Source: Octopus sinensis
Taxonomy: Eukaryota
Assembly: GCF_006345805.1 (NCBI RefSeq)
Contig: NC_043003.1
Location: 620,001-684,000 of the forward strand
DNA length: 64,000 nucleotides
Direction of reading: 5' to 3'
Position 1 is the stretch's first letter. Every line of letters starts with the position of its first letter. A model generated the notes under the pieces. That model searched no databases. It worked only from the letters and a program-made list of their open reading frames with translations, and had not been told where the DNA came from. Position numbers and translations under genes: made by a program. Shown here one piece after another: positions 12,450 to 21,975 of this stretch.

Positions 12450-12451
<2 letters not shown>
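8487..12451 (-). mobile_element. Apparently full-length R4/Dong-clade non-LTR retrotransposon inserted in a (TAA)n microsatellite
   Basis: Single 1213-aa ORF, about 220-nt leader, about 100-nt 3'UTR ending ...AAAACTACTG|AATAATAAT, with (AAT)n on both sides. Confidence 0.88.
8590..12231 (-). CDS. Retrotransposon polyprotein: Myb-like, reverse transcriptase, CCHC zinc finger, restriction-like endonuclease
   Basis: RRKWTREE; KAPGHDKI, NYRPITCL, WIDYKKAFDS, RGIFQGDTLSPLLF, YMDD, KFGLEKC, YKYLG; CRIC-x8-H-x4-C; RPDIVV...LIDVSVP...EKLSKY; no stops or frameshifts. Confidence 0.97.
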   Translation of the reverse strand: MRETSRSSPTPNTMYKGTTKKLNATDTIQPKNNNRAVRTLNLQQKMYEKLHVRNNVTTEINGPVPYENDDRQNNGPDVVPHVPQIKPKRRKWTREEYISILHAYFTAVLYPKNENTTTHTYKIWKENNRDLDLDTAMNPNKLANVRRYILNTKKISEIEIEHLKENIHQENVDRSHTTMPNNINTDTVKHEDKRNIPNKHDVNNEGEPNDYDNIKNKIIKELKTTELKMDHRPYLPRIKINAITTPIINNINLAVTELATETKKSDITELNDLIYAAATAATKEAGYSPKPAQTGVPPPKQTLWINNIQNKIKKIRKDLSILNEISKQATLLSNKKRTKMLRKYNTTEKDLPEIKEKLKQDILAKAQRIRRYEKRQRFFEQNKKFNSDPKKFYQELGKNKIEVTAAPTAEELEEFWGEIWSANEPPKKRSIKITNSASEQTWTPITTEEVTQALQRLSNWKAPGHDKIPNFWLKYLTGMHKKLAENFNNVLAEPETMPEWLTKGKTILIPKSNETEKPENYRPITCLPTMFKAFTAVISQRLNKHLDENKLFPEEQKGCRKGSYGCKDQLMINKAITEDSHRKKKGLSMAWIDYKKAFDSLPHTWILETLAINKVAPTIIKFIEHSMNKWQTVLHLQTKEGLMKTKDIPIRRGIFQGDTLSPLLFCLALSPLSDMLNRTGCGYKCYGKTISHLLYMDDLKLYAANDKQLETLLKTVHGFTKEIDMKFGLEKCAKVTMKRGKLVKSNNITLDEANEIKELDQSQIYKYLGIHELDKTQHTQMKEKIKKEYYRRVRSILNTELNAKNKIIGINTLAVPVISYSYNILNWTRNELTKIDRKTRKIMTGSRMHHPKSDIERLYIQRIEGGRGLIQLENYYKITTIGLQKYLLQKEGKLIQIAAKHEQNKKLFSVFKEADKYKQEIIPPNKHEEEEEDEETTKAIKQMKSKLKIEQQRTMIKRWQEKPLHGKYCTKLNAKEIDKEKSQQWLRSSGLKAETEGFLIAAQDQSLPTRNYQKHVMKRNITSNCRICGDGQETINHIISSCPVLAKKEYIHRHDRVGTYIHWKLCQHYGITTEKRWYRHTPEKVTENEKATIIWDMPIHTDREIKANRPDIVVRDHEEKKCFLIDVSVPADDNVSLKEMEKLSKYKDLEIEVTRMWNLKTETIPIIVGALGMIKKYSDKYITKTPGLTNTYNIQKIALLGTAHILRRTLSIQ

Positions 12452-12483
<32 letters not shown>

Positions 12484-12511
12484 GTTATTATTATTGTTAT
12501 TATTATTATTA

Positions 12512-12546
<35 letters not shown>

Positions 12547-12556
12547 GTTATTATTA

Positions 12557-12612
<56 letters not shown>

Positions 12613-12724
12613 GTTATTATTATTGTTATTATTATTATTATTGTTATTATTATTATTATTATTATTGTTATTATTATTATTATTGTTATTATTATTGTTA
12701 TTATTATTATTATTATTATTGTTA

Positions 12725-12760
<36 letters not shown>
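12452..12760. repeat. About 310-bp (TTA)n microsatellite with TTG interruptions
   Basis: Read directly; source of the poly-L, poly-N and poly-Y ORFs in the track. Confidence 0.97.
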
Positions 12761-12761
<1 letters not shown>

Positions 12762-13570
12762 GGTGGTGAGCTGGCAGAATCGTTAGCACGCTGGGGAAAA
12801 TGCTTAGCAGTATTTTGTCTGCAGCTATATTCTGAGTTCAATTCCACCGAGGTTGACTTTGCCTTTCACCCTTTCAGGGTTGATAAATTAAGCACCAGTT
12901 GCATACTGGGGGTCAATGTAATTGAATTGCCCGTTCCCCCAAAATTTCAGGCCTTGTGCCTAGAGTAGCTGGCTAGTGGTGAGCTGGTGGAATCATTGGC
13001 ACACCAGGCTTAGCGGTTTTTCACCCACCTTTACACTCAAAGTTCAAATTCTGCTGAGGTCGACTTTGCCTTTCATCCTTTTGAGGTCGATGAAATAAGC
13101 ACTGGGGGGTTGGGGTCGATGTAATTGACTAGACCCTTCTCCAAATTTCAGGCCTTGTGCTTATAGTAGAAAGGATTATTATTGGTGGTGGCCAGCTGGC
13201 AGAAACGTTAGCACGCCTGGTGAGATGCTTGGCAGTATTTCATCTATCTTTATGTTTGGAGTTCAAATACTGCTGAGGTCAACTTTGCTTTTCATCCTTT
13301 TGAGGTCGATGAAATAAGCACTGGGGGGTTGGGGTCGATGTAATTGACTAGACCCTTCTCCAAATTTCAGGCCTTGTGCTTATAGTAGAAAGGATTATTA
13401 TTGGTGGTGGCCAGCTGGCAGAAACGTTAGCACGCCTGGTGAGATGCTTGGCAGTATTTCATCTATCTTTATGTTTGGAGTTCAAATACTGCTGAGGTCA
13501 ACTTTGCTTTTCATCCTTTCGGGGTCGATAAACTAAGTACCAGTGAAACACTTGGGTTGATGTAATCGAC
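12761..13570 (+). mobile_element. Head-to-tail array of about 4 SINE type A copies including an exact 219-bp tandem duplication
   Basis: Heads at about 12761, 12975, 13183 and 13402; 13071-13289 repeats exactly at 13290-13508. Confidence 0.85.
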
Positions 13571-13574
13571 TAGT

Positions 13575-14160
13575 CCTCTCCTCCATTCAGTGTCAAAACC
13601 GTTGCATGATTCAATCTTCTTGGGTCTTCTCCTTGTGCCCTATAAAAAGGCTGCTTTTGGCAGTAATTGCAGAATGTTGAAGCAGCCTCATGTTATGTCT
13701 CCATTCTCACCACATTCAGCCGATTAAAACAGATGACCAACAGTAGACTGGAATCTGCATTACCACAAATACAGTGCAGTTGTGATGGTCCAGTTGTGAT
13801 GCTCCAGCCACAGACTGCTGTATCAGTAAGCTTGCCATTATCTCCAACCAGTACGTCTCTCTCTTAGCACCTAATTATTGCTCTAAGTATTTGTAGAAGA
13901 CCAACACAGTTAAAGCCCTTCTGGCCTGTCATAGAATCTTCTGTGAATTCTTTGTGAGTGTTGTCAGTTATTTCTTCCTGCAGTCACTTGCGCTCACTTC
14001 TCAACCGGAACCATCTTGAGCTAGTTTCAGCTGCCTTGCTTATTTTCTAGGTGGCTTTCTTCAGTTGTCGGGTTTCAGACCTATCTTCTGCAGGAAATAG
14101 TAGACTGAGCTAGATGGAAAGCCATGGGGAATGGGGCCACATGCTAGCCCTTGAAAAGGG
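13575..14160 (-). mobile_element. Degenerate 3' end of a second RLE-type (HERO-like) non-LTR element
   Basis: Minus strand: GFPSSSVYYFLQKIGLKP /frameshift/ RQLKKAT*KISKAAETSSRWFRLRSERK* resembles the GF.....LL..G....A..IS.AAE..S.W.W.R terminus of HERO-like ORFs (recalled; needs alignment). Confidence 0.5.
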
Positions 14161-14317
14161 CCTCATCAATTGAGTTCTGATATTTTGATTTCTTGACTTT
14201 GTAGAAGATAACAATGTTTGATATAAAAAAAAAAATTCTAGTGTGTTAGTTGTTTTAAGATTTTTTTAAAAAATGGTTTTTCTTCATATTTATGTGTTTT
14301 TATTTTCTGTTTTGCAG

Positions 14318-14325
14318 AAGAATGA
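14318..14325 (+). CDS. TnI: Troponin I terminal coding exon ((E)E-stop), followed by 3'UTR
   Basis: Long T-rich tract TTTTTATTTTCTGTTTTGCAG; phase 1 gives G|AA GAA TGA; unique UTR-like sequence follows. Confidence 0.75.
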
Positions 14326-14500
14326 GGTGCATGAAGTCGGCGTTTGATGTAAGGGTGAGAAGCAGGCCAGTGAAACAACAACAACATGGAAGTTCCAGAA
14401 GACATCTCTACTCCATAGTGTCATCCTAGCCTGCATCAGATCCCCTTTCTCCACTCCTTCACCTCTCTCTCCTCCCCCTTGAGTGCTATGTTTTGTAAAA

Positions 14501-14506
14501 AATAAA
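14501..14506 (+). terminator. Candidate troponin I poly(A) signal
   Basis: AATAAA about 175 nt after the stop, followed by a T-rich tract at 14535-14580; a distal AATAAA lies at 15993-15998. Confidence 0.5.
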
Positions 14507-15177
14507 GAGAAATCTAGCTTCGGAACAGGAATTTTCTGTTTTTTTTTTTTTTTTTTTTTGGTTTATGTTAATTTTTTTTTTGCTTAGTTGTACAAGAAAA
14601 CATAAAATCTACCATTCTTGACTGACATCTGTTGAAACACCAACCAAAATAATAAATATTAATAAACTGTTCTTCCGTGTGTTCAACATCTCATCTCGAT
14701 ATACATGACTTTTTTGCCTTTTTTTCTGTTTTGTTTTGTTTCTTTCTCTTGTCCTCTTAGGCTTATTATTATTATTATTATTTTTTTTTTTTACCATATT
14801 TGACCATTAGTTTAAATAATAATTCAATCTTTTTATTTCCATTTTTTAAACTGAAAAGTCACTTCCCAAATAACAGCTCATTTTGCTTTCCTGTTTCAGT
14901 TAGATGTTTGCTTCCCCCAACTTTTCACAACTCCCTGACAAACCTGCAGTTGTATTGAAAGGCAAGAAAAGTCTTGGTTGTAATAATTAACTAAGGAGTC
15001 ATTAGCATACTAGTGTATCTTAATTAAGAACATTCTACGTATACCATTCAGTACATCACTCCTTAATTTGTTTTGAGTTAATGCCATTGGCCCACTTGAG
15101 TTATTTTCCTTTAACTCATTTTATATTTTTAATATTATAAATTAACTTGGCTAAAAGTCCTTTTCTATATATATTAT

Positions 15178-15253
<76 letters not shown>

Positions 15254-15300
15254 TAGATAAAAAAAAACTATTGGCAATTGAACAAAACCAGCTTCAGTAA

Positions 15301-15350
15301 ACAATACCACACTGAGGAGGTCTAATAGACTGAAACATGTCCATAGTTGT
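15301..15350 (+). ncRNA. Minimal type I hammerhead-ribozyme-like motif
   Basis: CTGAGGA-GGTCT AAT AGACT-GAAAC-AT-GTC; palindromic stem III ACATGT; stem I only partly paired. Confidence 0.55.
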
Positions 15351-15692
15351 CCCTTTGCTTACAAAGATCAGACTTGCCTCTATGCATGTAAACTAAATTT
15401 ATGAAATTGATTCTTAATTTCTTTGACATTATCTTCCTTTTTCATTGAGGCTCTCTAACAATTACCACTAGGTTTTTGCTTATTTTCTCTCAGAGGCAAA
15501 TGTCAAATTAACTCTGAATTCAGAATAACATCCCTTGTTAACTTAGTTGCCCATATATCTACCTATTCAGCTAATGGTCAGTAGTCAGTACATCATATAT
15601 CTTACTGGCTAAGAATATGTATGTATGTTTTAGTCAACATATCTCCTGGCTATCAAAATAGCTCTAATGTTGATATATATATATATATTATA

Positions 15693-15725
<33 letters not shown>

Positions 15726-18149
15726 GTATGTAATGGCTAACTGTATATTACTGGTCAGTGGTTGTGAATGTAATGACCAGTAGTATATCTAAGCAATTAA
15801 TAATGTTGATATATATATAATAGTCATATGTATATCTGCATACTAGATATATCTAATGCGTGTAATATATCTACAGTGTGTATATGTATATATAATCGTT
15901 ATTATTATATCTAAGCAATCAGTAACCTGTATAATTTAATGGTGAGATGTATGTATATATATAATGCCCTGGTGTCTGTTAAAAGAAATCTTAATAAAGG
16001 ATAGCTAACAGCCCCAAGTGTTAGAATACCTTTTGGTGCTGTCATAGATCTAAATTGTTTGAACGCTCCGTTTGACATCTAAACACCCAAAAGCTGTTAG
16101 ATTGGCTCTAAATTGTTTTGATGTTCAATGCAACGTCTAATGTAATTGTAGTATATACATTCACCAATAGTCATTGGCTGAAAAGGGAATGGTTGAAGCT
16201 GCTGTACCACAGACACTGAAGGCAAATATGTAGTGGCGTTTCTTTCTTCTGGCTTTGTGTTCTGAGTTCCAATTCCGTTAAGGCCGGCTTTTGCCTTTCA
16301 TTCTTTGGAGGCTGATAAACCAAATACCAGTTGGACTCAGGGGTCAATATAATCATCTAGCCTCCAATCCTTCCCGAATGACAGGTCTTTTGCCGATATT
16401 CTGAAGAAAAATAGGTAACAGCTTTAATTTTAGGCCCCATTAAATCTACTGATGAGGCTAAGAACAGACATTGCCTACATCTTCAGGTAGACTTGTGTCT
16501 TTCTCATCGTCTTCAATTGTGGGTTTGTTTTCAAATCTTTTTCGCAAGGCTTTAAAAGCACTTTCATTGTTTTTTTTATTTTTAATTAATTTATTATATA
16601 ATGAGAGAGTTTTATCTTTCATTGAGTGGTTATCTGAGGTCCTTTTTTTTCTCTCTGAAGGAAACTAATTACTGTTCTCTTCTGATCCTAAATATATTTT
16701 GATATCTTCTTCCTGTAATTGTTAAACTACAAAACAACTAAAGAAATATATTCACACATACACACACATATATATATATATATAATATATATGTCTTTTA
16801 TGGTCAGGAACTGTTTCTGTGAGAAAGCTAAACTACATTGTTACCTCACTCCACATTCTTTTGAAAACTGATTCTTCTCCATCTCAGCTGGTTTGTCCAT
16901 GGCTTAGCTATTTCATTCAACTGTTGGAATAAACACAATAACAACAATAATAACTATAACAGTATAATTGTTGTGATTATTATTATTATTATTATTATCT
17001 GAAATAAACAAAAAAAATGTTCTGTTTCTCTCACTCATTATTTTATTTTTTTTGCTTTGCATCCATTGTTGCATGTTCCCTTTTGTTGCTCGTGTTTTCT
17101 CCCTCCTCCCCTTCACCCTATGCGATTCAGATGCTTCCCTCCGTCTGATAAATACTGCACTGTCAAAGTGTTCTTACAAAACATATCTTTCACAAAATAA
17201 TCAATGTTAGTCATCAGATAGTAAGGGAGGGGGGGGGGGTGAAGAGTCGAGTGCACCTTATAAGGTAATGATTCACCAGCATTTTGGAAAAAGCACCCAG
17301 TACACTCTATAATAAAGTGGTTGGCATAAGGAAGGGCATCTAGCTGTAGAATTCCTGCTAAGGCTGACATTGGATCTCATTGTGACTCCACGGCTTGCTG
17401 GGTTCTGTTGAACTGTTGAGTCCATGCCAGCATGAAAATCAGACATTTAATGATGATGGTGCATGGGTATGGATCGGTACCGGGTGTGACTGTGTGTGTA
17501 AGGAACTAGCTTCCTATCCATGTAGGTTCTGGCTTTAGTTCCACTGTGCTGCAGCTTGGGCAAGTGTCTTCTACTATGCTCCCAGGCCAACGAAACCTTG
17601 CTAGCAGCTGATTTATGGCTTAGCATGCAGTTGCTAGAGGATACCTACTACTGATGAAGCGTAAGGAGGCAGAAATGCACATTTTGCAATACAACCACCA
17701 CTGCTCAACAATTTTCCTCTGCTCCTGACATATTTCTGTGTTGTTTGACATTTTACATTCACAAGAGATATCTCAAAACGAATATCAGAGTAAATAAAGC
17801 TTTCACTGATCTATTCTGTTGCACATAAAAAATAGAAACAATATTCTTTCTAAACAGACTTTGTATAGATTACAACTATTTCTATAAAGCGAACTTTCCA
17901 CATAGAATAAAGAAGTATTGTATATCATTACTTAATGGAAAGTTCTTGAAGCACCGAGAAAGAAGGAAAGACAAAGAAACATGTAGTCTTGAAGGCAATA
18001 CTGTTAAAATGACTGGTTTCTTCATGTCAGTCTACCAATTAACAAAATCTTGACTGTAACCAATAGCAATTAAGGTATTTAACTATATATATATATATGT
18101 ATATATACATATATAAATATATAATTATATGTATATATACATATATAAA

Positions 18150-18555
18150 TAGGCACCCTTGCCAACCCCCTTTGCTTGTGAAGACATGTTGGGGCAAGCG
18201 AAATCGAAATCGAAATCGAATTGAACCAGCCAGGATCCCTGGTCTGGTGGTACGTAAAAAGCACTATCCGACTCGTGGCCGATGCCAGCACCGCCTCGAC
18301 TGGCTTCCGTGCCGGTGGCACATAAAATACACCAATCTGACCGTGGCCGTTGCCAGCCCCGCCTGGCACCTGTGCAGGTGGCACGTAAAAAGCACCCACT
18401 ACACTCACGGAGTGGTTGGCGTTAGGAAGGGCATCCAGCTGTAGAAACATTGCCAAATTAGACTGGAGCCTGGTGCAGCCTTCTGGCTTCCCAGAACCCC
18501 GGTCGAACCGTCCAACCCATGCTAGCATGGAGAACGGACGTTAAACGACGATGAT
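18150..18555 (+). mobile_element. Near-consensus RTE 3'UTR module with 3 hairpin units
   Basis: (GAAATC)n, units with GTGCCGGTGGCACGTAAAAAGCACC, GGAAGGGCATCCAGCTGTAGAAAC, tail CGTTAAACGACGATGAT. Confidence 0.8.
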
Positions 18556-19366
18556 AAACACATATATATACATACATATATAATTATATATATATATACA
18601 TATATATATACACATATATACATACATACATATATATATATATACACATATAAGTTTATATATATATATATATACTCACAAGGCTTTGGTCAGCCTGAGA
18701 CTATAGTGGAAGACACTTGGCCAAGGTTCCACACAGTGGGACTGAACCTAGAACTATGTGGTTGGGAAGCAAGCTACTTACCACACAGATATACCTGCAC
18801 CTATATATATATATCATCATCATCATCATTGTTTAACATCCACTTTCCATGCTGGCATGGGCTGGATGGTTTGACTGGGGACTGGCAAGCCAGAAGGCTG
18901 CACCAGGCTCCAATCTGATCTGGCAAGGTTTCCACAGCCGGATGTCCTTCCTAATGCCAGCCACTCGAAGGGTGTACTGAGTGTTGGCACGTGGGAGGGG
19001 GGTAGTCAGGAAGCACTGGCATCAATCATGCTGAAATGGCACTTTTTACTTGCCACCGGCATGGGATGTACATGTTCGTTTCTCTTTTTGCCATCTTTGA
19101 TTTTATTTTTGATCTTGTATATAAATGAAGATATTTCCTCCGTTCGGCTGCTTTTCTCTCTACAAAACGGGAAGTTACATTGCAGAACAATCATTTTGAC
19201 AAGTTGTAATTATTTATCACCCGACAAGATACATCTGCACCACCGGATACTCCTGAACCAGTTGTTGAGTGTCCCACCCAAGAGGAATCGATGCTAGGTG
19301 TGTCGAAACAACTGTCGTCATTAACAATAAATTCTCATATATTCCATCTTCCGTCTTTCATTTGCC

Positions 19367-19443
<77 letters not shown>

Positions 19444-19847
19444 ATATATATATATACATATACATATACATATGAATGTATATATGAATTCTGTAAATAA
19501 TAATAATAATAATAATCTTAATGCTTATAAGTGATCCCCATGTATTGGTTAAAGAAAATAGTCTAATATTGAATTACATAAGCCCTTGTCAGAAAAAGTG
19601 GGTGTTAGTATGTATGGGAATCAACCCCCAACCCCCCATATTCACGGTAAGTGTTCAAACTGATTACACCAACCTACCTACTCACTTCTTCCTTTAACAA
19701 CTATAATTCCATAGTCTTTGAGCTTACAATTATTATTATTATTTACACTTCTCCATTTAACACAGAAAATACACACACACATATATATATATATTCATGT
19801 TTTTATGCTCAATTTTACATTGATCTAAAGGGTAACTCTATACTTTT

Positions 19848-20230
19848 GTAAGTAGCTTGCTAACCAACCACATGGTTCCGGGTTCAGTCCCACTGCGTGG
19901 CATCTTGGGCAAGTGTCTTCTGCTATAGCCCCGGGCCGACCAATGCCTTGTGAGTGGATTTGGTAGATGGAAACTGAAAGAAGCCTGTCGTATATATGTA
20001 TATATATATATGTGTGTGTGTATTTGTGTGTCTGTGTTGGTCCCCCTAGCATTGCTTGACAACCGATGTTGGTGTGTTTACGTCCCCGTCAGCGGTTCGG
20101 CAAAAGAGACCGATAGAATAAGTACTGGGCTTACAAAGAATAAGTCCCGGGGTCGATTTGCTCGACTAAAGGCGGTGCTCCAGCATGGCCACAGTCAAAT
20201 GACTGAAACAAGTAAAAGAGTAAAGAGTAT
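19848..20230 (+). mobile_element. tRNA-derived SINE type B, well conserved and slightly 5'-truncated
   Basis: B box GGTTCAGTCC, CTTGGGCAAGTGTCTTC core, internal (TA)(TG)n, tail GAAACAAGTAAAAGAGTAAAGAG. Confidence 0.85.
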
Positions 20231-20395
20231 AGATTTATTATTCTTAAATACAAGAATGTCATTGACAGTGACTATAACAGCCAAGATTAACTTCAATACA
20301 TGGCAATCCAAGAATGGCTTCTTAATAGGCTGACACTTCAAAGTCCCTGTCAATAATATTTTTATTTAAGAATATGTATATGTGTGTGTGTATAT

Positions 20396-20440
<45 letters not shown>

Positions 20441-21539
20441 AAGTATGTATGATTGTGTATAGAAGAATATATTATTCAATGAAATTCCAACCATTTCTGG
20501 TTTTCATGTTTTATCGTTTGCAATTTTTACAATTTTACAATATTGAAATAAACTAGTACTTTCATGTGTTACACAATCATCAGGTTTTTTGTAAACAATA
20601 AAACATGAGAATCAGACTCGGAATCTCATTGATTAATATATATATATATGTATACACACACACACACACACATATACATACATGTACACAGTTGAAACAC
20701 CTTTAGAATTAATTACCAATGAGTGCAACATATTGTGGATTCATATGTAAAGTGGCACTGTTATGTTTTGTCTCAGAAAAGCCTTTTAAATGGCCCTATA
20801 TGTTAAAACTCAGGACTTTGGTCAGTATGGTGGTCAATTGCTGGACACAGATCTTCAACTTGAGCTGGTTTCCTCAGTGACAAATATGCTGGAAGTTCTG
20901 GGCCAAGAAACAAAACATATTCTGATCTATGCAAAAGCTGGCCTCTGCAAAATTAATACTCACTTGAAATGGCTCTAGAAAAAATAAGCCATCCACCGGT
21001 AAACTGGTGTTACTGGCTCAAAGGGTTAATGTTGTGCATAACATTTGGACACACTCATCATCATCGTTTAACATCCGTTTTCCATGCTAGCATGGGTTGG
21101 ATGGTTCGACTGGGGTCTGGGAAGCCAGGAGGCTGCACCAGGCTCCAGTCTGATCTAACAGTGTTTCTACAGCTGGATGCCCTTCCTAGTGTCAACACTA
21201 TATATATATATACACTATGTGTATATATAACCATCAGGTCCTTCATCATCCTACCTAGAACCGCTGTGCCTTTTCCCATCTGCTCTTTATATAACAATAG
21301 GTCCACTTTAGACCCCTGGATCTTGCAAGCTACATGGGGATCTTCACAAGTGCTGATGCTATGCAAGAAAGCACTGTCCTCTTTGTAAAGTTTATGGCAT
21401 TAAGAAAGGCTTCTGGCAGTAGAAGCCATGCCAAAGCAGACAGTGGAGTATGATGAAGTTGTTTGATTCATCACATTCTATTAAACCTGCCAAACTATGC
21501 CAATATAAAAGACGACGTTAAGTGATGATGATGAACTGT

Positions 21540-21975
21540 ATGTAGTCAATGCCAGTACCCACTGATTGGCTCCTGTGTCAGTGGCATGGGTAAAGCACCA
21601 TCCGTACGTGACTGACGCTAGTACCCATCGACTGGCTCTCCTGCTGGTGGCATGTAAAAAGTACCATACGAATGTGGGTGATGCGAGTACTCATTGATTG
21701 GTCCCTGTGCCGGTGGCATGTAAAACGCACTCTCTGAATGTGATCGATGCCAGGGCCGCCTAACTGGCGTCCATGTCGGTGGCATGTAAAAAGCACCCAC
21801 TTCATTCTTGGAGTGGTTGGCGTTAGGAAGGGCATCCAGCTGTAGAAACCTTGCCAGATCAGATTGGAGCATGGTGCAGCTGCTGGCTCTCCAGACCTGT
21901 CAGACCGTCCAACCCATACCAGCATGGAAAACGGACGTTAAACGATGATGATACTGGTGATGATGATGATGACGA
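21540..21975 (+). mobile_element. RTE 3'UTR fragment with 4 tandem units of about 64 nt
   Basis: Four diverged copies of ...GCCAG..ACTGGCT..TGCCGGTGGCATGTAAAAAGCACC, then the shared tail and (GAT)n. Confidence 0.8.

Noticed and set aside
17645-17690. CTGATGAAGCGTAAGGAGGCAGAAATG hammerhead-like core
   Set aside because: Stem II is weak and no stem III, cleavage triplet or stem I can be assigned; at most a decayed relic.
19200-19380. FITRQDTSAPPDTPEPVVECPTQEE… coding-like stretch on +
   Set aside because: An in-frame stop lies immediately upstream, there is no matching splice acceptor, and no family motif.
21540-21800. Repeat array with palindromic units, resembling CRISPR
   Set aside because: The context is eukaryotic with no cas genes, the apparent spacers are homologous to each other, and the array is part of an RTE 3'UTR.
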